This document shows, one piece after another, positions 22,603 through 33,035 of a stretch of DNA of 48,345 nt. A program made the translations under genes and the position numbers. Under the pieces are notes generated by a model. The model did not search any database, was not told the DNA's origin, and saw nothing but the letters and a program-made list of their open reading frames with translations. The first letter of the stretch is position 1, and each line of letters opens with the position of its first letter. The stretch comes from a virus (Duplodnaviria > Caudoviricetes), in the IMG/VR virus record IMGVR_UViG_3300037782_000051, positions 1 through 48,345 of that record, one strand, 5' to 3'.

Positions 22603-25088
22603 GTCGTTTCGCTTGATGCTCCGCCGGGGATATTAGCCACAGTCAAAGTCATCGCATCGTTTGTATTGTCAGGGAATAGCGAAATACTTACGCTATCAAA
22701 ATCAGTGTCATCTAGCAGTGCGTCGGTATCATCAATAATCTGTGTGGATACTGTGCCGCCGATATTTTTAGCCGTAAACCCTGCCCGCATGTACTTGTGA
22801 TCGCCCAATTCGACAGCACCATCAGCAACTGTAGCAATACAGCCCACCTCAATACGCCCGACGTATAGGGTGTTATTAGGGATAGAAATAACCGAACTAG
22901 ACCCATCTAGATAGAGCGTAAGCCCGCCCGTCCCTGTTTTTTCCCCCCAAGCAATCAGTCTCGTATATTGTGTTTCTCCTGAGTTAGCAGCCCCGCCGCC
23001 GCCAGCGTGCGCGTATTGGTTACGGATAGAGGCTAAACCGTTTTCACCATGCACATAAGAACCTGTGCCTGTTGCTGCGTTGTTTTGCCCTCCAGCTGCT
23101 ACCGAGGCATTGCCGCTTGCTTGGTTGTTTAATCCAAATGCAGCAGCCCCTATGCCTCTATTCGCATTATCCACCTGCGTGCTTTGGAAGCGCCCCGCTG
23201 CAAAATACCCCTTTGAATTATCGAATAGAAAGCGGTCATCCTCAGCAGCGTTGCCACTGTCATCTAACTGCGAAGAACCAAACACAAAGTCAAGCCCTGA
23301 TGAAGCGCTAACCGTGCGCACTGTGCCGGAGTTGTCCTCCCAAAAGGCTGAGCCGCCGCCTGTTGTTGCATTATGTAAAGTGTCCATAATTCCATCTGAA
23401 CCAACGACCAAGAAATATTTATCACTGCCCGGTGCGCTAGTGTACCGCCCGCCATCCAATTTGAAGTTGTTCGTAGACATTAAAACACTAGCACCGTGCA
23501 ATTCAGGCTGGTCGCTGCTAAGGACAAAAGCCCCCCCATCTGGGTTGTGAAAATAAATACTATCGATAGCATTAGGCTCTTCAATCTCAAACGTTCCGCC
23601 TTGGATTATTCTAACATCGCCCACCGCAAGGCTATCCTTTAGCCAGCCTGTGCCACCTGAAATATTAGAAAGGCTATCGCCTAATGCCCACACTGTCGCC
23701 ACCTGCGTTGTGTCCACCTTGAAATTAGCCTTGTCAGTGCTCATTGTCGTCACAACACCAAACCCGCCTTCAAGGTCTAAGAACTCGCCGTCACCAATCT
23801 GCTGAGCACTACCGACATCGCCGGTAAAACCGATAATGTCAATCTCGTTTGTAGTGCTTAGATCGCCTGTATTTTCAATGAAAATAGTGCCTGTCCCGGT
23901 ATTCTCGGTAATGCCAATCCCTGCCTGAGCTTCAATTGTCACGCCTGTGCTGCCTGATGTATTACTGTTAATCACTGCTGTGCTGCCCGTACCGGCTGCA
24001 ACTGTCAGGCTGCCTTCATTCGTAGCATCCGCGTCCGCGTCGTCAACATCATCAACGTTGTCTGCAAAACCTGCCGGGACGCCTGTCAGGCTGCTCCATG
24101 CGCCATCAAAATCATCGCTTACATCAGTGTCCCATCCTGAGAAGCTGCCTAGTGTTTCAATTGCTGACAAGTCAATACTGAATGCGCTGCCCGGTGCTGC
24201 TACCGTCACGTCTATTTCTTCATTGCCCACATCTAGCGTGCCTGCTGTAGCAACGCCATCCGCTGCACCTTCGCTAACCGCGTTTAGATCGCGTTTTAGG
24301 CTGTCAATTGCTTGCTGTACATCGTTCACATTGAGTGGCAGGTAGCTGTCATTGTACCACACCTCTCCTGCTGTTTGGTCATCAGTGCCCACATTCGGGT
24401 CAGGTGCAGATATAGTGTACTGCCCGTTTGCGTATGTAATATTGATGTTATTGCCTGCAATAATGGTGTCGACCTTGACGCCTAAGCTGTCGTACAGCGC
24501 CGCTATACTGTCTGCCTGTAGCTGATGCAGACTATCAACAGGGATAATAGCAGTGTACACAGTATCACTCTCCATTGTGATACTTAGGCTGTCATTCGCA
24601 AAGTCAACAGCGATAATACTGTCACCGTTCGCCACTGTGCCTAGCAAACTGTCAAGCCTTAGCGCATTGTGCATATCAATAAGCCCTTTTGTGACGTTGC
24701 TCAGTCCTAAGTTGTCAACGCTGCCCGGTGGTACTATGCCGTTTGTAGTCGGCCGGTACACTTGCCCGCTGCCAGTCGGCGCACCTGATGCGCTAACCCG
24801 CGCCTGAACAGTTACATCAGCCTCAAAATTGCTTGCCGTGCTATGAACCGTCAGCACTTCGAAAACATCACCGCTGCCGTCAATAATCTCATCACCGACT
24901 TGGATATTCTTAGTTGTAACACCAAGATTGTAGCGGTCTATGAAGTTGAGAATATCGCCCCGGTAGTTGTCGCCGGTAGTATTAGTAAAGTCATCAAAGG
25001 TGCAAATACCGATGAACTCGGATTTGAGCTGCGCCTGAGCGATGACAGGCAGGATAAACAACAATATGGTAGATAGCCTTACTGCCAT
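22563..25088 (-). CDS. Tail-fibre-like protein with signal-peptide-like N-terminus
   Basis: G/T/S/D-rich, with adhesin-head-like repeats (AAAFGLNNQASGNASVAAGGQNNAATG); MAVRLSTILLFILPVIAQA|Q. Confidence 0.6.
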   Translation of the reverse strand: MAVRLSTILLFILPVIAQAQLKSEFIGICTFDDFTNTTGDNYRGDILNFIDRYNLGVTTKNIQVGDEIIDGSGDVFEVLTVHSTASNFEADVTVQARVSASGAPTGSGQVYRPTTNGIVPPGSVDNLGLSNVTKGLIDMHNALRLDSLLGTVANGDSIIAVDFANDSLSITMESDTVYTAIIPVDSLHQLQADSIAALYDSLGVKVDTIIAGNNINITYANGQYTISAPDPNVGTDDQTAGEVWYNDSYLPLNVNDVQQAIDSLKRDLNAVSEGAADGVATAGTLDVGNEEIDVTVAAPGSAFSIDLSAIETLGSFSGWDTDVSDDFDGAWSSLTGVPAGFADNVDDVDDADADATNEGSLTVAAGTGSTAVINSNTSGSTGVTIEAQAGIGITENTGTGTIFIENTGDLSTTNEIDIIGFTGDVGSAQQIGDGEFLDLEGGFGVVTTMSTDKANFKVDTTQVATVWALGDSLSNISGGTGWLKDSLAVGDVRIIQGGTFEIEEPNAIDSIYFHNPDGGAFVLSSDQPELHGASVLMSTNNFKLDGGRYTSAPGSDKYFLVVGSDGIMDTLHNATTGGGSAFWEDNSGTVRTVSASSGLDFVFGSSQLDDSGNAAEDDRFLFDNSKGYFAAGRFQSTQVDNANRGIGAAAFGLNNQASGNASVAAGGQNNAATGTGSYVHGENGLASIRNQYAHAGGGGAANSGETQYTRLIAWGEKTGTGGLTLYLDGSSSVISIPNNTLYVGRIEVGCIATVADGAVELGDHKYMRAGFTAKNIGGTVSTQIIDDTDALLDDTDFDSVSISLFPDNTNDAMTLTVANIPGGASSETTCTATLMITQTSY

Positions 25089-25615
25089 GACACGAATTTG
25101 ATTAGAATGTCTACTTTGTTGATGTTAGTCAGGTTGTTGAACACAAGGTTTGTCTGCCCCTCTGCTACGCTTTCATTGATTTGTACCCCCTGATCGTTTG
25201 GGTTATGTACAATTTGATTAGTAGCATCAGCACGTTTTACCTGCACAATGCAGCTAATTTCCGTGCTTGCGAGCGTAAACCTTAGCGTTAGTGAGCCTCC
25301 TGAAAAGCTAGTGCTACTACAAGTCAAGCGGAAAGCCTCCGGGAAGCTGCCATCGGCGAAAGCGCAAAGGAAAAGCCCCTGTGAAGGGTTAGTAATGGTC
25401 GGCGCATCTCCCCAATAACTGACAACGCCTACCGGGTCAATATCACCAGGGGCAGGGATGCCGGCCGTAAAGCTGAAGTTAGTGCGCGAAGGCTGCGAAG
25501 CGCCGCCCTCATCGTACCATACGACGCTATCCATCCAGTTATGGAACTGCGTTTCTGTCGGCGTATCGCCGGTATTGAAGTACCCCTTTATTGTCGCTCT
25601 GCTTTCCTGAGCCAT
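25079..25615 (-). CDS. Tail-associated protein
   Basis: Position in the tail module; N-terminal RATIKGYFNTGDTPTETQF motif. Confidence 0.6.
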   Translation of the reverse strand: MAQESRATIKGYFNTGDTPTETQFHNWMDSVVWYDEGGASQPSRTNFSFTAGIPAPGDIDPVGVVSYWGDAPTITNPSQGLFLCAFADGSFPEAFRLTCSSTSFSGGSLTLRFTLASTEISCIVQVKRADATNQIVHNPNDQGVQINESVAEGQTNLVFNNLTNINKVDILIKFVSWQ

Positions 25616-25624
25616 TTTGCTTGT

Positions 25625-27031
25625 TTATTGGACTACAAAGTCCGTTTCGATAATCCAGAACCCTACGCCTTCCTCGGCAGGTGTGCCACCAACCCTGAAC
25701 AGGCTTGACTTCGCAAAAGCCCCGCAATTGGCGCTCTGTGCTTCAATGTACAGGTAATCAGTCCCGGCAGGTAGCTCATACACTACGCCTGCTGCCAGTT
25801 CTGCCTGCGTGTGGGTGCCTAGCAATGTGTCGCCGGAATCAGTAACAGCATACAGCTTAGTCTGCACATTCGGCAGTGCCCGTGCTGTTATCGTATCAGT
25901 GCCATCATCATAGGTGAGTATCCGCGGGAGTAGTAGTTCCCCGCTATCAGCAATAAGGTACTCGTCATCTGCTGCATTATACACTATATCGCCATCGGTG
26001 AGCGTGACCGTATCGTAGGTGCTGCCGTTGTATTGCTGCAAGATCAGCTCTAAGGACGCATTAAGCACTACGATGTAATCATCTTCCTGCAAGTTGCGAA
26101 TAATTCCTGAACTATCCAAATAGGCTGCATTACTGTAGTTCTTATCATTAAGCGTCAACTGCGCTACTGCGTTGTAAGTAGTTACTATGCAATTACCGGG
26201 TTCAACCTCATAGGCAGTAGTACCTACAGGACGCCCGGAGTTGATAACTACCGTATCTGTTGTGAACTCAAAAGTCACATCTGCCAAGTCGCCGAACTGT
26301 TCCCATGCCGGGTCGTTCATATCGAACTCGTCAACGCTGTACGTGCGCCCGTCCCGATAGTTGTATATCTCTACCTCATCATGCAGGCTGATAAGGCGCA
26401 TTGCATCGGTAAGAAACTCAGGCAGGATAACATTGAACCGATACCGCTTAAAGCTTGTCTGCTTAAGCTTTAGGCTCCTGCCGTCCCGCTGCGCCACCTC
26501 TTCGTCATACTCATAGCTCGGCTTGCCGATGTCCGTGCAAAGGTATAGCGTTGATTTGTAGGGTGCCTGATAGCGCACAAAGCCACCGGGCACGCAAAAC
26601 TCTTCTTCCAAATGCCAGTAAGATATTCGGATAAGGTCATCAGTATTTGCAACGCTGCAAAAGTAATCCGAGTACCAGGTATTTGTGCCATCCGATAGCA
26701 CTAAGTAGTGATACCCGTACTCGCTGTACGTTATCTCTATAGTGCCGGGATAGATAATCAGGTCGAAGTCTTCACCGGTAGGTTGCGCCACCTCAAGCCC
26801 TGTATTTTGCAACTGCGCGAGTATATCTGTGCTGTTGCCGTCATAAACCCTGACAATAGAGGCGCTGGTAATTCCTGCCCCTGTCCTGCTGCGCATAATC
26901 TGAAAAGGCAGGATGAAGCCCGCAGGGACAGGGTATTCATATGCCTGCCCGTAAGCGTACCATTTTGCCGCCTGTTGCTTGCTCAGGCTATCATAGAAGG
27001 GCAAAGGCAGTATGTTGCTATTCGGTGTCAT
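25625..27031 (-). CDS. Putative tail tip or baseplate protein
   Basis: Second gene downstream of the tape measure; beta-rich. Confidence 0.55.
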   Translation of the reverse strand: MTPNSNILPLPFYDSLSKQQAAKWYAYGQAYEYPVPAGFILPFQIMRSRTGAGITSASIVRVYDGNSTDILAQLQNTGLEVAQPTGEDFDLIIYPGTIEITYSEYGYHYLVLSDGTNTWYSDYFCSVANTDDLIRISYWHLEEEFCVPGGFVRYQAPYKSTLYLCTDIGKPSYEYDEEVAQRDGRSLKLKQTSFKRYRFNVILPEFLTDAMRLISLHDEVEIYNYRDGRTYSVDEFDMNDPAWEQFGDLADVTFEFTTDTVVINSGRPVGTTAYEVEPGNCIVTTYNAVAQLTLNDKNYSNAAYLDSSGIIRNLQEDDYIVVLNASLELILQQYNGSTYDTVTLTDGDIVYNAADDEYLIADSGELLLPRILTYDDGTDTITARALPNVQTKLYAVTDSGDTLLGTHTQAELAAGVVYELPAGTDYLYIEAQSANCGAFAKSSLFRVGGTPAEEGVGFWIIETDFVVQ

Positions 27032-29228
27032 GCAGCAATGTAATTTTGATGTTCAAGGTCGAAAACCGCACCTCTATTTTTGTCGGCATCCCATCGCCTA
27101 AGCTCGTGCGTACTAGCTTTACCGGGTCAACTTCTCCGCTGCTTGCATAGTCGAGTTCCTGCCGCTTTGTCTTGCGAACGCTTGACGCTGGAGTATCTGC
27201 AAGGTTGACAGTCAATAGCGCAGCAGGCATCCCTGACAAGAAATAGTTTTCGTGCGCATATGGGAAAGATACATACCCGTTTTGCAATCTGAACTGCTCC
27301 CCGCTAAGGGTTTCAATATCCACAAAAGGCGCTCTGAACCCTGCCGGGTCAAGCTCACAGTCAAACAGCACAAAGCCGTCCGGGTTGATCTCATTCGGGT
27401 TGCTATTGATATAGTCCACATCAGTTGTGAACTTGCTTACTGCCCGCTGCTCTACGTTATCACTTTGTGCGTACTTGCTGCGTACTTCAATAGGGTGCCC
27501 CTCAAACGCCCGGCTTGATTTGTCCATGTAAGAGAACTCAAGGCGTGACGGGATCTGTTCTTTCAGGTATTCCCACCTGTTTGTCCTGTACATCCACGCT
27601 TTGCCCGATTGCGGCTCTACTATCGTTGTGAGGTCTGCGCCTACCTCAGCGCTTGCATAGCTGCCGCCGTTCTCGAAAAAACTGATGTGCTCAATGCGCA
27701 GCCGGTTGTTGCTGTCTACGTACCAGTCGCAATTGTACAGGTTCAGCAGCATCTCAAATACATCAGCCATCCGGATTTCTGCCCGTGTTGCTGCCCGGTC
27801 GTATTCGCCAACAATTACGTTAGACTTAGGCGCAATAACAGGGTATTTCTTAGCCCCGCGCACCGGGTTGGTAGTGCCGTAGAAAAAGTCTGAGTATTCC
27901 GGCTCATTATCGAACGTCACATCAGGCGCGAACTGAGCTAACAGCGCATTGATAGCATCGTGCAACTGATAAGCATCGTTGATACCGATTACCTGCCCGT
28001 TGCCGTAGCTGCCAGCCAAGTCGCTAGGATAGTAGAACCATATCGAGAAATACTGCCACTGTGTAGGGCTGATCGGGAAAGGCTTTTCAATGCTGCCTGA
28101 TGGTGCGCTAACGCTTGGCAGTGTGAAGTATTGACCTGAAAGTCCCACCGCGTCCTCAGCGTATTTACCCCACCGCGTAGGCGATGTGCTTGCATCGCTC
28201 GATAGTACGATGTAAGGAATATCTGCCTCCGGTATCACGTATTGATACACCGGGCTGCTAGGGGCGATGTCTTCCTCCGGCAGTAGCTCGCCGGTAACGC
28301 CGTTCAGTACCTCTACCGGGCTAATCAAGCGGCTGTATATCTTCACACGAAAAGGGAAGATGTCAGGCCCGCCAATACCTACCGGGCGAAGCGGCTTGCC
28401 TTTCTCTAAGTCATTGCCCTCAAAGCCCTGACCTGGGAATATGCCCTCGCCAAGCGGCAGCACGTCAGACTGATAGATGTCTATCCCTGTGCTTTCATCC
28501 CTAATGCGCCATCTATTACTAATGCGCTGTAGGCGGTATGCGCCATCCTGTCGGATAAACAGCCCTGCTAGTACCGGGTCACTTTCGTAGGTGCCTGAAA
28601 CGTCAACAGGCATTGTGTCGAAGTACGGCACAATAACAAGGCTACCAATATTGGTAATGCTGAATTTGTAAGTATCAGTAAGCTCTGTCTCTGTATAAGG
28701 CGAACCGCTGCCCACCTGTCGCAATACAGGCACTTCAGAGTTAGTGCCGTTGACGTAGTTGTTAATGAAAGAACTACCCGCAATATACACTTGCAAGATA
28801 GGCTGAACAGTATAGCGCACTGCTGATGTGACAGGCGCAATATCAACTAGGTTATACTCCCTGTTAATGCCATCAAGCACCTTTTTTGTAGGTGCCTCGC
28901 TTGACAGGCTGACGCTCACAAGCCTGTTGTCTGCATCGAATGAGCAGTCTGTTTTCGCAAAACTGCCCCGGAAGAACACACTTTGCGTTGTCTGCCCCGG
29001 ATAGATGACGAATATTGTAAGCGGCACCTTTTCCTCTATATCAAGCCCTGCAATAAGGTCGTACTCCGAGCGTACAAACGTCAGGTTGCCGGACAAGCTC
29101 TCGGTGAAGTGGTTGCCGTCCTGTGCCCGCTCGATGATTTTTGTCAGGTCATCATCATACACAGGGTTAAGGTTCAATGTTTCGCCATTGATTTCTGCAA
29201 CGAATCGGTATTGCGGTTTGCAGCTCAT
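27018..29228 (-). CDS. Putative tail tip protein
   Basis: 736 aa, immediately downstream of the tape measure. Confidence 0.55.
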   Translation of the reverse strand: MSCKPQYRFVAEINGETLNLNPVYDDDLTKIIERAQDGNHFTESLSGNLTFVRSEYDLIAGLDIEEKVPLTIFVIYPGQTTQSVFFRGSFAKTDCSFDADNRLVSVSLSSEAPTKKVLDGINREYNLVDIAPVTSAVRYTVQPILQVYIAGSSFINNYVNGTNSEVPVLRQVGSGSPYTETELTDTYKFSITNIGSLVIVPYFDTMPVDVSGTYESDPVLAGLFIRQDGAYRLQRISNRWRIRDESTGIDIYQSDVLPLGEGIFPGQGFEGNDLEKGKPLRPVGIGGPDIFPFRVKIYSRLISPVEVLNGVTGELLPEEDIAPSSPVYQYVIPEADIPYIVLSSDASTSPTRWGKYAEDAVGLSGQYFTLPSVSAPSGSIEKPFPISPTQWQYFSIWFYYPSDLAGSYGNGQVIGINDAYQLHDAINALLAQFAPDVTFDNEPEYSDFFYGTTNPVRGAKKYPVIAPKSNVIVGEYDRAATRAEIRMADVFEMLLNLYNCDWYVDSNNRLRIEHISFFENGGSYASAEVGADLTTIVEPQSGKAWMYRTNRWEYLKEQIPSRLEFSYMDKSSRAFEGHPIEVRSKYAQSDNVEQRAVSKFTTDVDYINSNPNEINPDGFVLFDCELDPAGFRAPFVDIETLSGEQFRLQNGYVSFPYAHENYFLSGMPAALLTVNLADTPASSVRKTKRQELDYASSGEVDPVKLVRTSLGDGMPTKIEVRFSTLNIKITLLHDTE

Positions 29229-31936
29229 ACGTAGATTGTCCTTTTATTGCCCCGTTTGCGTATCATCCTGCCCTTTGAATCGGTATAGTATTGCTCTGAG
29301 CCGTTCTGCCGGATTGCTGACAGGTGCCCCTCCATGCGCTTGGTGTCGAAATTGATGCTAGGGGACAGGATAGGTATTTGCTGTGCTGCTTGCCCCATGT
29401 AAGAGAACTGCCGCTCAAACTGCTGATTGTTTAGGCTGTCAATAATAGCGGGCAGCACTGACCTGTACCGGCTTGTCGCTTTGCGGTTGATAACCGCCAT
29501 TGCCTCCCCGCGTTCTGCCCGCATCTGTGAGCCGTGCCCGTCTGTACCAATAAAGATGTCGTTACCGCTTTCGTGGCTACCGCCGTAGTCCAAGAACTCC
29601 AAACCGCCATCCCGGAAGATTTTAGCGGCTTGAAAGGCTTTGATTTTAGCCAGCGCAAACGAGCCGAACATAGTGCCCACTGCTGCGATATTGAGCGGGA
29701 AAGGAACGTCTTTGAGTATCTTCGACGCTGCTGTTATCAGGCTGCTTGCCTGCGTTACGGTATCAATAGCAAGCTGTGCCTTTTGCGCCCGTTCGCGCTG
29801 CTTAAGTGCTTCCTGCTGCTGCTGCTCTGCTGCTGCTAATTCATCCTGTCTTGCCTGGATATTCGCCGCCCGTCCTTGTTCGGCTGCTTCAATTTCTGCC
29901 TGTAATGCCCTTTTCGCTGCATCAGTTTCGCGGCTTGCAGCTTGCACTGCCGCATCAGCCGCTTGTATCCTCGCCTGAGTAAGCTCATTCAGTTTGCCTT
30001 TTGCGAAATTAACGCCTTTGTTCAATTCTTCCTGTTCCTTATCGCCAAAGCTAAGCGCTGAGAACAGCCCGCCTTCGCTTACCGCTGTGAAGTCAAATTG
30101 CAGGTCTTCTTCATCTACGATGTCGCCGATTTTCATCGGCTTTATCTCGCCTCGTGCTGCCTCTGCCGACTCATTGACCGCTGCCGCTAGGTCCTGTTCT
30201 GCTTCTTTCAAGTCTTGAACTGCCAGCCTGCGCTCTTTGATTATCTCAATAAGGCGTGTCTTGTTTTTTTCCGACAAGTCAATAGCCTGAATCTCTTGCA
30301 CAATCCTTGTAGCGTCTGCTTCTGCAACAAGCCTGTCTATATCAATTTGCACTGCTGCCTGAGCTTGCAAATTTTTAACTTGTTCTCTGAATGACAACTC
30401 TGATAGCCTCACTGTTTCTTTGAGCAGTCGCGCTTTCTCTGTTAGTGTGGTTTTGTCGTTTGATATAATTCGTTCATTGATCGTTTTTTGGTTGTCAAAC
30501 AAATCAATGAGTATATCCAGATTGATTTCCCGCTCATCAGAAATAAGTTCTCTTCGCGCCTTCGCGTTTTCTTGCACCGTCATTGTGTAGTTGCGGTCAG
30601 CCTCAGCGGCAGCGACAAAAGCATCTACCTGTCTGTCTTTAAGGTCTTCAATTTCCCGCTTTTGTGCCTTTCTTAATGCAATTTCCTGATTGATTACATT
30701 AAGGTTATTACGTGCAATTTGCTGCTCTATTGCTGCTCGCTGCTCAGTCGCCCTGAACAGTTCATCACTTGCTTCTTTTCTCGCTTCAAAGGATAGCGTT
30801 TGATCGTCTACGATGAAGCGCAGCTTTTCTTCATTGGTAATTACTGATTGCAGTGATTTTGTCAGCTCTCTATTGTTGTCGCGGGCTGATTGTATAGCTT
30901 GTGCTAACTTATCAAATTGTGCGGCTGTTTCTTCTACAGCGTCTGCTAATTCCTTTCGCTCTTGAGCATTAAGGCCTGTAAATAATTCACCAATACCGTC
31001 TGCTGCCTCCCTTGCACCTTCATTAATTAGTTGAAGGTCCCTTGTGAATATACCTCGTATGAATTTACCCAACCCCGCAAAGCCTCTTGAAACAGCTTCT
31101 AGCCGTTCGCCTATTTCCGTTACTAATGCAGACCCAAAATCCTTCATTGTTTGTATTGGGTCAGTAAATAAATCTTCAAGGAAGCCCGCAAGGCTGTCAA
31201 CTTTTTGGACTAATAACCCAAACACGCCCTGCAAAACAAAACTTGCCCTACGCAATAGCTTAGCACCGTTTTCGCTTTGCCTGAATGCTTCAAATAAAGT
31301 GCTTACAGCTCCAATAATAAGCGTCAATGCTGCAAGTAGGGGGGTTTTGCTTACGACGTCCATTGCAGCCCCAAAAGCCTTAGTGCCTGAAATGGCATCT
31401 ACGATTGCTTCTTTATAATTACCTACATTTAAAGATGTTTTACCTGTCTCCTCTTGCAGGCGCTTCATCTCTTTATAGATTTCTTTCGTCTTGGTAACAA
31501 GCCCCTCACTCGCTTCTGCCGCCTTGCGCTGCGCCTGTGTCATCTCATTAAGGCGCTGCTTGTTCAGGCTGTATTGCGCAGATAGAGCGTTGTAGCTGCC
31601 CTTTGCCGCATTGGCTGCCTTGATTTCTAGTGTTGCCTGCCGGGTGTTTTTCTTGCGCTCTTCACGCAGCTTGATGAGTTCTTTCTCCTGTTCGCGGTAT
31701 TCTCTGGTAAGCTTCTCTTTTTCCTTAGCAAGCCGGTCGGCTGCTTTGGTGGCTTCTGTAATCTGCTTGCGCCCATCCTCCTGCGCAACATTAGCAGTCT
31801 TGATGCTGTCGGCGTACTTCTTAGCAACCTTTTGCACCTGCTCTATCTGTTGCCCCAAACGGCCTAACTCTTCGATCGCGCGGGTTATTGCACCATCGTC
31901 AACATATATATCTGAAGCCTTAATCGGATTTGCCAT
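29225..31936 (-). CDS. Tail tape measure protein
   Basis: ~900 aa Ala/Glu/Gln-rich coiled coil with hydrophobic patches and GSYNALSAQY...NVGNY motif; downstream of the frameshifted chaperone pair. Confidence 0.88.
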   Translation of the reverse strand: MANPIKASDIYVDDGAITRAIEELGRLGQQIEQVQKVAKKYADSIKTANVAQEDGRKQITEATKAADRLAKEKEKLTREYREQEKELIKLREERKKNTRQATLEIKAANAAKGSYNALSAQYSLNKQRLNEMTQAQRKAAEASEGLVTKTKEIYKEMKRLQEETGKTSLNVGNYKEAIVDAISGTKAFGAAMDVVSKTPLLAALTLIIGAVSTLFEAFRQSENGAKLLRRASFVLQGVFGLLVQKVDSLAGFLEDLFTDPIQTMKDFGSALVTEIGERLEAVSRGFAGLGKFIRGIFTRDLQLINEGAREAADGIGELFTGLNAQERKELADAVEETAAQFDKLAQAIQSARDNNRELTKSLQSVITNEEKLRFIVDDQTLSFEARKEASDELFRATEQRAAIEQQIARNNLNVINQEIALRKAQKREIEDLKDRQVDAFVAAAEADRNYTMTVQENAKARRELISDEREINLDILIDLFDNQKTINERIISNDKTTLTEKARLLKETVRLSELSFREQVKNLQAQAAVQIDIDRLVAEADATRIVQEIQAIDLSEKNKTRLIEIIKERRLAVQDLKEAEQDLAAAVNESAEAARGEIKPMKIGDIVDEEDLQFDFTAVSEGGLFSALSFGDKEQEELNKGVNFAKGKLNELTQARIQAADAAVQAASRETDAAKRALQAEIEAAEQGRAANIQARQDELAAAEQQQQEALKQRERAQKAQLAIDTVTQASSLITAASKILKDVPFPLNIAAVGTMFGSFALAKIKAFQAAKIFRDGGLEFLDYGGSHESGNDIFIGTDGHGSQMRAERGEAMAVINRKATSRYRSVLPAIIDSLNNQQFERQFSYMGQAAQQIPILSPSINFDTKRMEGHLSAIRQNGSEQYYTDSKGRMIRKRGNKRTIYV

Positions 31937-32050
31937 GTTGCCTATTGATAGGGGCAAGCATAGGTGAGTGGTGGCAAGATACGAAAATACACGGAATGAT
32001 GCTGTTAAATGTTAAAATTTGCGTTTCTGTCAAAAATAATTAGGGTTTTA

Positions 32051-32083
32051 CTTGACACAAAGACAAAATAGCAGTAGATTGCA
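32051..32083 (+). promoter_or_regulatory. Promoter CTTG-N20-TAGATTGCA of the inverted three-gene island
   Basis: Same architecture as 5311 and 10892. A divergent TATCTTGC for the tape measure lies at 31974-31981 on the - strand. Confidence 0.65.
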
Positions 32084-32113
32084 GCATAATTAAAAAACAA
32101 AACAATAACAATC

Positions 32114-32587
32114 ATGGAGATCAAAGTAACAAATAGCAAAACATACAAAGGACGCAAAGAGAACTGGACAGAACAAAAAACTCGTTCTTTTCGATTAAAG
32201 TCAGATTTAGTTTGCGTTCACAAATCAGAACGTAAGATCAAGTCTTTTCAGTCTGGAGTAACGACCTGTGTATATGATGAATTTGATTCCAAAGAACAAC
32301 TGGAATCAATGACTTACGAACAAGCAAAAAAACACAATATAACTCGTGACTATACTCATATAGTACGCCCTGATAATAATCCTGATTACGTTTACACAAT
32401 GATTCTTCCTGCTGGGACTTATGTCGAAGAGTATGACAACGAATACCGATTCGAAATGTCTAGCGAAATTAAAATCAAATTAATTGGAACAATGGGTCGG
32501 GTTAGAATTACAGACGAAGAGCTACATCCTTATGAGTGTTCAGTATATGGAGGGAAGTGGATTAATGTATTCACAAAAAAAATATAA
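32114..32587 (+). CDS. Hypothetical protein (moron-like island gene 1)
   Basis: AT-rich ORF opposite to the structural genes, with its own promoter. Confidence 0.75.
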   Translation: MEIKVTNSKTYKGRKENWTEQKTRSFRLKSDLVCVHKSERKIKSFQSGVTTCVYDEFDSKEQLESMTYEQAKKHNITRDYTHIVRPDNNPDYVYTMILPAGTYVEEYDNEYRFEMSSEIKIKLIGTMGRVRITDEELHPYECSVYGGKWINVFTKKI

Positions 32588-32591
32588 TGTA

Positions 32592-32795
32592 ATGACAAAA
32601 GAGCAACTCCAATCAGAAATATCAAGCCGCTTCGCATCTAACAGCGATTTCATCAGCGCATTCAACGCGCTAGGTGGCAGCCTTTCGCTTGATGTAATTA
32701 GCCATCAGCTTGCAGGCCGTAGAGGATTAAGCAAGATGGCTGTATCTGCTTACACATTCTTCTTCAAATTACATGACTTAACAACAGAGCAATGA
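32592..32795 (+). CDS. Small HTH-like protein (island gene 2)
   Basis: ATG at 32592; SNSDFISAF...LSLDVISHQLAGRRGLS pattern. Confidence 0.6.
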   Translation: MTKEQLQSEISSRFASNSDFISAFNALGGSLSLDVISHQLAGRRGLSKMAVSAYTFFFKLHDLTTEQ

Positions 32796-32995
32796 AACCT
32801 ACAAAAAAAGGACAGCGATTTACTACTTCAGTAGTTCAGGGGTTATTCAAGGTCAAATGCTTCTTTGGCAAATCAGGTGTCGAGTATGACACCTACCAAG
32901 AGGCAAAGCGTGCCAACCCGACAGGATTTATTTTGATTCGCCCGGTAGGCTCAGATGGTTCAGTGCAAGCAAACCTCTGCGAGCTTGCCGAATAA
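32792..32995 (+). CDS. Hypothetical protein (island gene 3)
   Basis: ATGA overlap with gene 2. Confidence 0.65.
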   Translation: MKPTKKGQRFTTSVVQGLFKVKCFFGKSGVEYDTYQEAKRANPTGFILIRPVGSDGSVQANLCELAE

Positions 32996-33009
32996 CACTA
33001 TCAACAACA

Positions 33010-33035
33010 AAGCGCCCTGCAAATGTGGGGCGCTT
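33010..33035. terminator. Hairpin between convergent genes
   Basis: AAGCGCCC...GGGCGCTT. Confidence 0.6.
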
